From IMG/VR virus record IMGVR_UViG_3300044295_000092, positions 2,019 through 66,018 of that record: a DNA stretch of 64,000 bases. One strand, 5' to 3'. The notes beneath the pieces were generated by a model that was not told the DNA's origin, made no database searches, and saw only the letters and a program-made list of their open reading frames with translations. Positions 47,431 through 56,367 of this stretch are shown here, piece by piece; the first letter of the stretch is position 1; each line of letters begins with the position of its first letter. The translations under genes and the position numbers were made by a program. This stretch comes from a virus (lineage: Duplodnaviria; Caudoviricetes).

Positions 47431-47733
47431 TTACTTTTTGTTCTTTTTGTTTTCTCTAGCAACAATCTTTTTGTTAGGTTTATTAGCTTTTACAGAGTGG
47501 TCGCTATTTCTATCTAGCGAGTCATTAATATTTTCATCTACTACTCGTAGATTACTTAATACATTTCTACCACCTTTGCTTAACGGAACGATATGGTCAA
47601 CTGCTTTTCCGTCACCCTTATGCACTTTACCAGCTTTCATCATCATACGTCTAGCTTTATTTCTCTCTACACGCATTTTAATTTGTTCAGGTTTAGCTTT
47701 ATATATGTTTTCTTTTTTATAATCTCTTGCCAT
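47431..47733 (-). CDS. HNH endonuclease
   Basis: 'VDHIVPLSKGG.N..SNLRVV...N'; likely start MARDYKKE at 47733. Confidence 0.8.
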   Translation of the reverse strand: MARDYKKENIYKAKPEQIKMRVERNKARRMMMKAGKVHKGDGKAVDHIVPLSKGGRNVLSNLRVVDENINDSLDRNSDHSVKANKPNKKIVARENKKNKK

Positions 47734-48407
47734 TATTTTCCCCAATGTGAGCATGATTGAACGGGACAGAACTTCCTGCAAGCAAAGTTAGGGACTGCAT
47801 TAAACGTTCCTGACTTATGGGCGGCATCTATCCTATACGTTATTTTACCCCATTCTGCAAACATATCTTCAACTTTATCAGAAGTATAGTCTTCTTTCAA
47901 TATCTCTTTTGACACCAAAAATACCAAGCCAGACTTGATTTTATTCATATCTGGAAAGTGTTTAAAAATAGCTACACTAAACAATGATAGCTGTCTAGTG
48001 TCGGCATATTGGCTAGACTTGCCTGTTTTATAGTCAATTAAGGTAGCCATTTTAGTTTCAGGGTTGATAACAAGTAAGTCAATAACTCCACGCCACCATA
48101 CATCTTTAGCAAAGAAGTCACAGGGTTGTAAGTCTTTAGTTAAACCTAGCTTATACTCACAATATTTATCCCCTGGGATAGCTATTAACTTATCTAAAGT
48201 TGGTTTAAACATTTCAAACTTAGCAGGTAAAGCTTCAGCGTTCTTAACGTATAACTCACAAGCTTTGTGAACTTCATTACCATAAAGAAAATGCTCTGTG
48301 TTTGGGTCTTGCTTTATATCTTTGGCAACATATAGATGATAGTATTGCTTTGGACACTTCTCAAACGTTGTGGCACTAGAATACGACCATGTTTTTAATT
48401 CACTCAT
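47733..48407 (-). CDS. PD-(D/E)xK nuclease (Cas4/RecB-like)
   Basis: 'WSYS....F..CP', 'G.EVH', 'GVIDL...IDYKTGK', 'QL.L', C-terminal C..C...C. Confidence 0.85.
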   Translation of the reverse strand: MSELKTWSYSSATTFEKCPKQYYHLYVAKDIKQDPNTEHFLYGNEVHKACELYVKNAEALPAKFEMFKPTLDKLIAIPGDKYCEYKLGLTKDLQPCDFFAKDVWWRGVIDLLVINPETKMATLIDYKTGKSSQYADTRQLSLFSVAIFKHFPDMNKIKSGLVFLVSKEILKEDYTSDKVEDMFAEWGKITYRIDAAHKSGTFNAVPNFACRKFCPVQSCSHWGK

Positions 48408-48615
48408 TATCTACCTTTTGGACTTCGCCTGTTGATTTGTTAAGTTCGTATTCGTAATGTATGCCATCGTTGCCGTTCTGACCAATGACATCTATGCGGG
48501 ACTTTTCTTTCTTTTTCTTACCAAAGATTAAATCCCAATTCTTTTCAAACATCTCGTTGTTTGGTTTAGATACTAACCATGCACCTGTAATGTCATTTTG
48601 TGAAGTCTTTTTCAT
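48400..48615 (-). CDS. Hypothetical protein (NDITG...SK...F..NWD.IF)
   Basis: Tightly packed 71-aa ORF. Confidence 0.6.
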   Translation of the reverse strand: MKKTSQNDITGAWLVSKPNNEMFEKNWDLIFGKKKKEKSRIDVIGQNGNDGIHYEYELNKSTGEVQKVDNE

Positions 48616-48616
48616 A

Positions 48617-48859
48617 CTATTCCCCGTAAAATGTATCTTTCAAATAATCTCGTAGCATTTCAACCAAACCTATAACCTCTAATCCACTTGCTCTTTGTAG
48701 TCTTGAATGATATGCAGCGATATCATCATTGTTATCTAATGTTACGGCAGCATACATAATAAGTTCATCTCGTTCAACACGCCCTATCATTTCTTTTAGG
48801 TTAGCTATCATTTCTACTTTAGCTTCTTCATTAAGTTTTTTAAAGGGAACGGTTTTCAT
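48617..48859 (-). CDS. Hypothetical protein
   Basis: SD AGGAG, packed ORF. Confidence 0.6.
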   Translation of the reverse strand: MKTVPFKKLNEEAKVEMIANLKEMIGRVERDELIMYAAVTLDNNDDIAAYHSRLQRASGLEVIGLVEMLRDYLKDTFYGE

Positions 48860-48867
48860 AAAGTCTC

Positions 48868-50694
48868 CTATTTAGCATCCATATAATTATCACCAACACC
48901 AACTTCACAACCTAACGGTAAGTCAGGACACCATGAAGGTGCAGTAGTCATACATTGTTGAACGTATGCTTTACATTCATCAACTTCAGTATCTTTACAT
49001 AACATAACTAACTCGTCATGCACAGTCATAACGACAGGATACCTTTTCGATACTTGAATTAATTGTTCAGCTATTATATCACGAGCGAGTGATTGTATGC
49101 AACGTTGAAATGTTTTAGATGGGTGAATATACTCAGGAATAATACTACGCCCAAACAACTTGTCATATACCCATGACTCCCCTGTTTCAGTCTTAAGCTT
49201 TCTTAAATTAGGTAGTCCTAACATCATGCCATTAGGTTTCATCATGCCTTCATGTGGCACACTTTCTATAATGTTGCCATTACCCATAGTGTAGTGATGC
49301 CCACTCCTAACACTTTCTAACATCGTTCCTGCATCACCCCATGCTTCAACCAATTCGGGATTAGCTTTTCTATAAGCATAGACAATATTTTTAACTTCGT
49401 TTAAGTCTTTCTCAACACCACCTTGTTTTAAGATAGAGTGCATCTTATTAGCACCTACACCATAAATACCTGATAAGTTAACCACCTTAAAGATAAAGCG
49501 TAAGTCTTTAGATACTTCATCGTAGGGTGTGCCTGTAATGTCTGCGGCTGATTGTTTATATAAGTCAATACCATCTTTAATTTGCTGTATCTTTCCATGT
49601 GATTTAGCAAACCAATACGCTAATCTTAACTCAATATTACTCAAGTCAGACGCTACAATCTTATAACCTTTTGGAGCACATATAGCTCGTCTAAGCTCTG
49701 ATGTTCTTGGTAAGTTTTGCAAGTTAATCCCATCAACGCCTGACCATCGATGGGATACCACTGCCCCTGAATACTTTAATGGAACGGGTAATAATCCTCT
49801 GTTGGCTATTTGAATAAAGTTTTCTGTGCGTGTCTCTTCAATTGTCGACTTGTTGCCAATACGAGCAGCAGCCAAAGCTTGAACGTAAGTGTTTTCATGT
49901 TCAAGTAAAGCCTTAAATTCTTCATCAGTTTTTGCAAACGCATACGTTTCCTTTCCTGTAGTCGCACTCACTTTCATAGGTGGAGTCACACCTTGTTCAA
50001 TAAGTAACTCAGCAAACTTAGGGTTACTCATCAACTCTTCTTTCTCAACGGTTACTTTAGCTAGTAACTTTTCTTTAGCGTCTTTAACTTGCGTCAGGTG
50101 TCGTAGTAATAAACCTTTATTAAGTTCTAGCTTAGGTTCTGTAAACATACGGATAGTTAAATCGATAAGCTTCATCTCAGGTGCAGTAAACTTATCTTTC
50201 ATTTCTGTAAACAACTCGTAGGTTAATTCTACGTCATTGATACAATACTTGGCATATTCACCCATTTCACTTGCCGTAAAGTCTAATCGATGTTTACCTA
50301 AGGCGTTTAATACTTCTGTGCCTTTTTCACCAATACCATAAAACTTTGATAGGTTAGCTAATGATACAGACTCAGTTAACCCATGTAAGATTTGTCCCAT
50401 ACTCATGGTATCAAATAAACCTAGTGGGTGTATGTCATATATCCATGATAGGATAGCCGCATCGAACCTCATGTTATGTCCTAACACAAAATGTTCGTGC
50501 ATGTTATATCCATCTAGGAATGCCTTAATCTCTGCATGTGTTCCTGTGCACCAACTTGTAACGCCATCAGCCTTAACTGCTACACCAATAGTTTCAAATT
50601 GTTCTGACCTGATATACTCTTCTGTCGTAAACTTCTTTAACCCATACTCTTTATCATAGTATGTTTCAAAGTCTAGCGTGATTAGTTTAGGCAT
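48868..50694 (-). CDS. DNA polymerase family A with 3'-5' exonuclease
   Basis: Exo I DFET, Exo II HNMRFD, Exo III YCINDV; motif A SDLSNIELR, motif B R...K..NL...YG, motif C VHDE. Confidence 0.93.
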   Translation of the reverse strand: MPKLITLDFETYYDKEYGLKKFTTEEYIRSEQFETIGVAVKADGVTSWCTGTHAEIKAFLDGYNMHEHFVLGHNMRFDAAILSWIYDIHPLGLFDTMSMGQILHGLTESVSLANLSKFYGIGEKGTEVLNALGKHRLDFTASEMGEYAKYCINDVELTYELFTEMKDKFTAPEMKLIDLTIRMFTEPKLELNKGLLLRHLTQVKDAKEKLLAKVTVEKEELMSNPKFAELLIEQGVTPPMKVSATTGKETYAFAKTDEEFKALLEHENTYVQALAAARIGNKSTIEETRTENFIQIANRGLLPVPLKYSGAVVSHRWSGVDGINLQNLPRTSELRRAICAPKGYKIVASDLSNIELRLAYWFAKSHGKIQQIKDGIDLYKQSAADITGTPYDEVSKDLRFIFKVVNLSGIYGVGANKMHSILKQGGVEKDLNEVKNIVYAYRKANPELVEAWGDAGTMLESVRSGHHYTMGNGNIIESVPHEGMMKPNGMMLGLPNLRKLKTETGESWVYDKLFGRSIIPEYIHPSKTFQRCIQSLARDIIAEQLIQVSKRYPVVMTVHDELVMLCKDTEVDECKAYVQQCMTTAPSWCPDLPLGCEVGVGDNYMDAK

Positions 50695-50994
50695 TTAATT
50701 CCAAACCTTTACGACCATGATTCTGCTGTCGCCCGTATAACAAACAGCTTGTCTATGATAGAACTTAAATCCTTTATCTTTAACGTCCCATTCCAGTCTA
50801 CGTCCATGACAATACTCTAACTTACTATCTGTTTCACAAACAATCTCATTAGGCTTTAATTCAACCATACATACACTAGCACTTTGATTAGAACTACCAC
50901 TAGACATAGCTGAACCTACCACCATACCTAATAAGAACCCAGCATGTGCATTAATAGATAACAATAATCCGCTTATTAATAATATCTTTTTCAT
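50695..50994 (-). CDS. Putative exported/membrane protein
   Basis: Signal-peptide-like MKKILLISGLLLSINAHA; four Cys in the mature part. Confidence 0.55.
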   Translation of the reverse strand: MKKILLISGLLLSINAHAGFLLGMVVGSAMSSGSSNQSASVCMVELKPNEIVCETDSKLEYCHGRRLEWDVKDKGFKFYHRQAVCYTGDSRIMVVKVWN

Positions 50995-51236
50995 TTCAAT
51001 ATGCTCCAACAGATTTGTAGTTTAGCCCATAGTGATAGCTTGCCTGTGTTTGCTACCATGTAATCTGATAAAGCTTTTTGAATACCTGCTTGTAGTATTA
51101 CTTCTCTACCTGCTTGGTTCATATCAAGTGTTAGCTTACAATCACCTGCTTTTGTATCTTTGATACTTACTACTTTGATATAGGGTTTTCTTAAATTTCT
51201 TACTGTTTTTTCAATCGCTTGTTTTTTTGTTACCAT
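50991..51236 (-). CDS. Hypothetical protein
   Basis: Coupled overlaps on both sides. Confidence 0.6.
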   Translation of the reverse strand: MVTKKQAIEKTVRNLRKPYIKVVSIKDTKAGDCKLTLDMNQAGREVILQAGIQKALSDYMVANTGKLSLWAKLQICWSILK

Positions 51237-51430
51237 TATTTCCCCCTGACTCTAGCTTTAACTGCATGCTCGTAGATAGCGGCGATGTCTATAATTTCTT
51301 CTGACTTGAGACCTTTAGGTCTGATTTTGATAACACCATGATGTATGGTGACGATAAGATTGCGTTCGCCACGATCGAATGTCGTAGCAGAAGTCTCCCT
51401 AATAGTAGGCTTCGTTGACTTTGTAGCCAT
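51236..51430 (-). CDS. Small basic hypothetical protein (MATKSTKPTIRET...)
   Basis: ATG 51430 preceded by AAGGAGAG. Confidence 0.6.
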   Translation of the reverse strand: MATKSTKPTIRETSATTFDRGERNLIVTIHHGVIKIRPKGLKSEEIIDIAAIYEHAVKARVRGK

Positions 51431-51440
51431 GTCTCTCTCC

Positions 51441-51638
51441 TTATTTGCGTTTATTAACGTGGTAATCCCAATCGTCAGCACAATCTTTATCGCACCAACG
51501 TCTAGCATCACCTAACTTTTCACCACAGTTCAAACAGAACCCTGTGCCTTGAATATATTTAATATTCTTCATCTCCTTACGGCGAAGGGCATCTTCGAGT
51601 TCTATCCTATCCTGCGTTTTATCTGCATCATCTGACAT
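51441..51638 (-). CDS. TraR/DksA-like C4 zinc-finger protein
   Basis: 'MSDDAD..Q' acidic N-terminus and CLNC...WC...C. Confidence 0.65.
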   Translation of the reverse strand: MSDDADKTQDRIELEDALRRKEMKNIKYIQGTGFCLNCGEKLGDARRWCDKDCADDWDYHVNKRK

Positions 51639-51777
51639 GTTTTAGCTTTTGTAATACCAATCGAATTATAAATAAGTCAATCACTAAAGAAAAAACAAAC
51701 GGCATGTCTTCCTCTAGAAATCTAAGTTCTAATCCTACCATAACTCCTGATATTAGTGCAAGCTTAAACACCCACAT
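51628..51777 (-). CDS. Small hydrophobic protein (49 aa, MWVFKLALISGVMVGLE...)
   Basis: Hand translation; TAATG overlap, fills the gap. Confidence 0.5.
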   Translation of the reverse strand: MWVFKLALISGVMVGLELRFLEEDMPFVFSLVIDLFIIRLVLQKLKHVR

Positions 51778-52142
51778 TATTCTTGTTCTCGAATAATGTA
51801 ATACGTATTTTCACTATATTTTAATCCAACATTTTTGACAAACTCACCAACATTAGCTAGTTTTAATATGGATACTTTAGGGTCTTTTGTTTCAATATTT
51901 TTGCCTACATGCACATACTCTAATTTATCACCACACAACTCCATATATGCTTCAAGTCTTGATAATGCTATATCACTTTGCATCATTTGTGATGGTGGCA
52001 TGGGTGGTGCACTTGCTAATCCTCCAAACATTCCTCCTGTTCCTCCATTTGATATGGGCATTGATATAGCCTGCCCTGCTCCAGTTAATTGTGATGCTCT
52101 ATTAGCAAATACACTTGTGAATAATCCTCCAATAGCCATCAT
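51777..52142 (-). CDS. Hypothetical protein; C-terminal domain paralogous to 52707-53015
   Basis: KVSILKLANVGEFVKNVGLK versus KIAVLKLVDVGRYVKGVGIR. Confidence 0.6.
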   Translation of the reverse strand: MMAIGGLFTSVFANRASQLTGAGQAISMPISNGGTGGMFGGLASAPPMPPSQMMQSDIALSRLEAYMELCGDKLEYVHVGKNIETKDPKVSILKLANVGEFVKNVGLKYSENTYYIIREQE

Positions 52143-52414
52143 TTACCCCTTACTATTTGTTGTTCTGAAAACTTAACCAACCTATTGACATACCATTGTG
52201 CCTTCTTTAAATCTTGTAGGGCATCGTCTTTATATCCTGTCCTTGATAAATACTTTAAGGCAGTCAGTCGTAAGTGTCCTGCAAACTCTTCAGGTGTTGA
52301 CTTAGCCTCCATGTAATCGATGGCTTCAATGCCTCCACGTGTATAGTGTGGGGGATTGTTGACCATGTCTACAAACTTTTTATATTTATTTAGTATCTTT
52401 TTTAACATATTCAT
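52139..52414 (-). CDS. DUF3310 (SaV-like) protein
   Basis: 'DMVNNPPHY..GGIEAID','LKYLSR..YK....DLKKAQWY'. Confidence 0.85.
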   Translation of the reverse strand: MNMLKKILNKYKKFVDMVNNPPHYTRGGIEAIDYMEAKSTPEEFAGHLRLTALKYLSRTGYKDDALQDLKKAQWYVNRLVKFSEQQIVRGK

Positions 52415-52710
52415 GTAAGTGTCTCCAATCGTTGTTCTAATGCGTCTAAACTATCTTCATTGACTACTAAGGCTATGCCACCATTATCACGTATAGCTTC
52501 GAGGTTACGAAGTTGTAACTCAGTAGGGCGATTGTTACCTGCCTTACATTCAATGCCCACAAACCTACCTCTAATACACGCAACAATATCAGGCACGCCT
52601 ATACTTGTATAAGCCCCTGCAATCGGAAAGAAGTAATACAAATGTCTTTCCTTCAACATCTTAACGACCTGTTGCTTTACCCACTTTTCTTTCACAGGTT
52701 GCTTTTTCAT
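52411..52710 (-). CDS. VRR-NUC nuclease (Holliday-junction resolvase-like)
   Basis: 'GVPDI....GRFVGIECKA....PTELQ...L..I...GG.A.VV'. Confidence 0.85.
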   Translation of the reverse strand: MKKQPVKEKWVKQQVVKMLKERHLYYFFPIAGAYTSIGVPDIVACIRGRFVGIECKAGNNRPTELQLRNLEAIRDNGGIALVVNEDSLDALEQRLETLT

Positions 52711-53015
52711 TTAGGCATCTCCATATACTTTTGCATAGCATGAGATTTTTTACTATGATACTCCATACCTTTTTGTGCTATGACTCTAAAGTCTAACTTC
52801 TGCATCATGGCTGTATTTATTTTACCTAATGCCTCTCGATACTCTAGATACACTTCGTCAGTGCTATCATCTGCTAACACATAGAATTGTCCATCACGAA
52901 TACCTACACCTTTCACATACCTACCCACATCTACAAGTTTTAAGACCGCTATCTTTTCCCTATCTTCAATAGGTATATCGGTAGAGTCTTTGTTAACTTC
53001 GTGGTATATCTTCAT
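52707..53015 (-). CDS. Hypothetical protein
   Basis: Coupled ORF; shares a motif with 51777-52142. Confidence 0.6.
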   Translation of the reverse strand: MKIYHEVNKDSTDIPIEDREKIAVLKLVDVGRYVKGVGIRDGQFYVLADDSTDEVYLEYREALGKINTAMMQKLDFRVIAQKGMEYHSKKSHAMQKYMEMPK

Positions 53016-53398
53016 AGTTTCCCTTCTTTTTGTAATGCTTCTAAAGCTTCATATTGTTGTTGGCTTAAATAAAACTTTGTTGCTTTTTCTTCTAAGTCTT
53101 GTTGTTGCCGCATAGCCTGTATCTTATTGATAGCTTCCTGCAAGGATTGTTGCGATAGTTCTTCTTGCTCTTCTTTCTCTGACTCTAATAACTTGTAGGC
53201 AATTCTTTCTTTTAACTTGCCAAGATTTATATTAGCTAGTTTTGTAAATAAAGCTTCATGCTCTTCGGTAGAGAAATATTTTTTGTAAGAATTTATTTCG
53301 CTTATCCAATTATGCTTTACTCCACCTACCCTATCCTGCACAAACTCATCAGGATTTGTTTCCATTCTATCTAAAAAGAATTTAACGGCGTCTCTCAT
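53012..53398 (-). CDS. Hypothetical protein (L.RM..NPDEF)
   Basis: Coupled ORF with coiled-coil C-terminus. Confidence 0.6.
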   Translation of the reverse strand: MRDAVKFFLDRMETNPDEFVQDRVGGVKHNWISEINSYKKYFSTEEHEALFTKLANINLGKLKERIAYKLLESEKEEQEELSQQSLQEAINKIQAMRQQQDLEEKATKFYLSQQQYEALEALQKEGKL

Positions 53399-54237
53399 AT
53401 ATTCTCCATGATTTGATTTACTTTACCTAGTATTTCTTTTCTTGCACCTTCGCTATCACGCAACTCATCAGCAGTAACACCTACTAACGATTGCTCTAGT
53501 GCTTGTCGTGCATTCTCTAATCTAGGGTCTTTTGTAACATTAAGCCTAGTTAATAGATTTGTCAACTCTAACGCATTATCTACCATACTATTTCTAAATA
53601 TCTTTTTCTCATCACCTGATAATCTATCAATCATATGTTCTAGCGTAGTATGCAATCTAGACCATGCGTCTGACATAGCAGCTTCAATCCTACCCTCGTA
53701 TGCTTTCTGATATTCTTGTTGCATTTCGTTACGAATATCGTCTGCAATATCTACACGAAAGTCATTTGTTTCAGGCACAGGCATAATAGTATATCTTAAG
53801 TTAAACTTATTTGCAATCTTATCTGCTTCAGGGTATTCATTTCGGTCGAATAGTTTACCCAACTTAAATGCCATGCCTTGTATGATGTTTGGATATTGTT
53901 GTATAAACGTATTTATACGTGATTTAAATTCAGCTTCATAAATACCTAGCTGATGTTTGTAATCAAAGAAGTTAGTCATAGGTAATAACCTTGTGCCTGT
54001 ATCCGACCAAGGCAGAGTTTGCCTACCATGCCAATCACGAATTTCATTGGCAAGTTTAGTGATAGCATCTAGTTGGTCTGAACCTGCTAGGATATGTTTG
54101 TTATAATTACCTGCTTTGATTGTTGTATTCTTATTCACATCAATCTCCTTAGACACGTTCTTATCTAGTTTCCTAGCTGTCCATACTGATATGTTTAAGT
54201 CAATTAAAACTGCACTGCTTGATATACTGATACTCAT
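53395..54237 (-). CDS. Helical protein, DUF3150-like partner of the MoxR/VWA module
   Basis: 'L.ISVWTARKLD','TLPW.D.G.RLLP','LF...EYP','LN.T.DP.L'. Confidence 0.55.
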   Translation of the reverse strand: MSISISSSAVLIDLNISVWTARKLDKNVSKEIDVNKNTTIKAGNYNKHILAGSDQLDAITKLANEIRDWHGRQTLPWSDTGTRLLPMTNFFDYKHQLGIYEAEFKSRINTFIQQYPNIIQGMAFKLGKLFDRNEYPEADKIANKFNLRYTIMPVPETNDFRVDIADDIRNEMQQEYQKAYEGRIEAAMSDAWSRLHTTLEHMIDRLSGDEKKIFRNSMVDNALELTNLLTRLNVTKDPRLENARQALEQSLVGVTADELRDSEGARKEILGKVNQIMENI

Positions 54238-54455
54238 TTTATACTCTCTCCTGTTGTTATGTTATATAATGCATATGCTTCATCTTTTGTTAGATTGTCT
54301 GCGATGATTACATCATCAGCCATACCCAACGTATGTTCTGTTAAAGCATACCCTTTCTTTCTTTTTATAATTGTATGTATGGTTCGTGCATACATTTCGT
54401 TAAAAGCGTCATGAAAAGTTTTAGTTGCTCGTTGTATTGTCATAGGTTTAGCCAT
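54234..54455 (-). CDS. Hypothetical protein
   Basis: Packed 73-aa ORF. Confidence 0.55.
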   Translation of the reverse strand: MAKPMTIQRATKTFHDAFNEMYARTIHTIIKRKKGYALTEHTLGMADDVIIADNLTKDEAYALYNITTGESIK

Positions 54456-54458
54456 GAT

Positions 54459-55004
54459 TTACTCCCAAGATTTAACTTCACTTACTTGAATAGGCACTAT
54501 ACCTAACTCTCGTTTCTCTAGCTTTGTTAAGAAGTCTTCCATGTAAAGTGATAGTGGTTGTTCAACTTTCATGGTTTTCTTAATTACTTTTTTGTATTCA
54601 CCTAATCGATATGCACTAATACTACCTCTAGGTTTTTGTTCATCAGCCATTTTTATATTTTCATCTAAAGCTTCAAGAAACCACTGACTTGGATTAGTTT
54701 CAGACAGTTTTTTCATTGAGCAAGCTCGCTTGACGGCGTCATAAAACGGATGACCGTTTGGTATATCCCTCCACTTAATATCATAAGTGTCATACAAAAA
54801 GAAAGCATAGGGTGTCCCTGACTTATCTTGACGGCGTAACCATCGAGCCAAGTGTGATGTCATAGATGTCCCTCTAGATATACACCCTGTGCGGATTTGT
54901 TTTACAATGTTTTTAATTTGTCTATCCGTAAACAAACTAAAGTCTACATCTAATGTGATTTGTTTAGCATAGATAGCTAACTCGTTTGGTATAATTACAG
55001 GCAT
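54459..55004 (-). CDS. Hypothetical protein
   Basis: SD AAGGAG next to a 34-bp element. Confidence 0.65.
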   Translation of the reverse strand: MPVIIPNELAIYAKQITLDVDFSLFTDRQIKNIVKQIRTGCISRGTSMTSHLARWLRRQDKSGTPYAFFLYDTYDIKWRDIPNGHPFYDAVKRACSMKKLSETNPSQWFLEALDENIKMADEQKPRGSISAYRLGEYKKVIKKTMKVEQPLSLYMEDFLTKLEKRELGIVPIQVSEVKSWE

Positions 55005-55023
55005 TTCTCTCTCCTTAAGTTAT

Positions 55024-55057
55024 GTTCTGAATTGCACTATAAAGTGCAAAACGGAAC
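55024..55057. repeat. 34-bp palindromic element, copy 1
   Basis: GTTCTGAATTGCACT-ATAA-AGTGCAAAACGGAAC. Confidence 0.9.
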
Positions 55058-55062
55058 GATTG

Positions 55063-56217
55063 TTAATCATCAATGTTAATTGTCTTACCATGTGGTGATG
55101 TGATATGTCTAGATGTAATAGCCCAAAGGGTTGGGTATTCCCAATTACCACCAAAGTCATCTTCAACATAACCATCGGTTAATATAATGATAGCTTCAGG
55201 TGCGATGCGTTTATCCTTGATATACTGATTGACGCAACCGACATGAGTGCCACCTCCACCTGCAGGTTTTGTGGACTGAACCAACGCTTTGTAATCGCCT
55301 TGATTGTATGTCTCATGACCTGCGACTGCCGTATCCCAATACAACAACTCGATACTAGATGGGGATACATCATCACATATCGCTACAACTTCTGTTAGAA
55401 ACTCATTGAGTTCCTTATCACCAATAGAACCTGATGTGTCAATACCAATCACGACTTGACCAATAGCTTCACCAATCATGCTAGGCATATAAATATCTTG
55501 TCCCAAGAAACGCTTGTGTGGTCGTTTCCATGAAGTTCTATCTTTGTTCTTACATGTGCTATTCACAAACTCACGCAACTGCTCACGCCAATTTACTTTA
55601 GGTTCAAGTATTTCTGTGACAGACCTATTCTTATTACCTTGCATCTTGCCACGTATGATTTCACCTTGACGTAATGCTTGGTCTATCTGCTTGGCAGTTT
55701 CTTTAACTTCCTCATCAGATAAACTTTCAGCACCTTCCCAATCATGTGTATCATGACCTGCTTGACCACCACCATTATCTTTGGCATCTTGCATAAGCTT
55801 GTCAAAGATTTGTTTGGTTGTCATACCTTTATACTGCAAATCAAACAACGCACTATCGGGTCGTTGTGCTATCACACCATGTTCATCAGCTTCATGTATC
55901 GCATAGTTCACGACATAGTCAGCCGCCATGTTAGCCGCCATAGGATTTATCTTGAATAGCTTTTTCCATAGGTGCATATGTTGATAGACTTTGTGTAGTG
56001 CCTCATGCAACACGACAAAGTTTAGTTCTTTATCATCTAATGTTTTGATGAAGTCTGCGTTATACATGACATCACGACCATTGGTGCAAGCCGTTGGTAT
56101 GTCATCTGTAAAGATAACCTTGCCCACCGACAACACGCCTGCAAACATACAAAACTCCTTGCTACGCATTATCGCTATGTGGGACTTTGTTATCCTTTGT
56201 TCACTTGTTAGTGCCAT
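55063..56217 (-). CDS. DUF2201-type metallopeptidase + VWA domain protein
   Basis: 'TACTNG', HEALH zincin motif, MIDAS DTSGS, GGGGT, ILTDGY. Confidence 0.85.
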   Translation of the reverse strand: MALTSEQRITKSHIAIMRSKEFCMFAGVLSVGKVIFTDDIPTACTNGRDVMYNADFIKTLDDKELNFVVLHEALHKVYQHMHLWKKLFKINPMAANMAADYVVNYAIHEADEHGVIAQRPDSALFDLQYKGMTTKQIFDKLMQDAKDNGGGQAGHDTHDWEGAESLSDEEVKETAKQIDQALRQGEIIRGKMQGNKNRSVTEILEPKVNWREQLREFVNSTCKNKDRTSWKRPHKRFLGQDIYMPSMIGEAIGQVVIGIDTSGSIGDKELNEFLTEVVAICDDVSPSSIELLYWDTAVAGHETYNQGDYKALVQSTKPAGGGGTHVGCVNQYIKDKRIAPEAIIILTDGYVEDDFGGNWEYPTLWAITSRHITSPHGKTINIDD

Positions 56218-56359
56218 CTTTTATCTCCTTGACATAATTGGTAGTATTGAATTGAGTTTTTAATATCTTCTGATTTTGGTCGTTCAATATATATTCTCTT
56301 GTGTCATCACCTACAATACCAAGATATGCATTTTTAAGTAACGCTTTTATATCTTGCAT
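56201..56359 (-). CDS. Small hypothetical protein (52 aa, MQDIKALLKNAYLG...)
   Basis: Hand translation; SD GGAGG; fills the gap between the AAA and VWA genes. Confidence 0.5.
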   Translation of the reverse strand: MQDIKALLKNAYLGIVGDDTREYILNDQNQKILKTQFNTTNYVKEIKDGTNK

Positions 56360-56367
56360 ATATCCTC

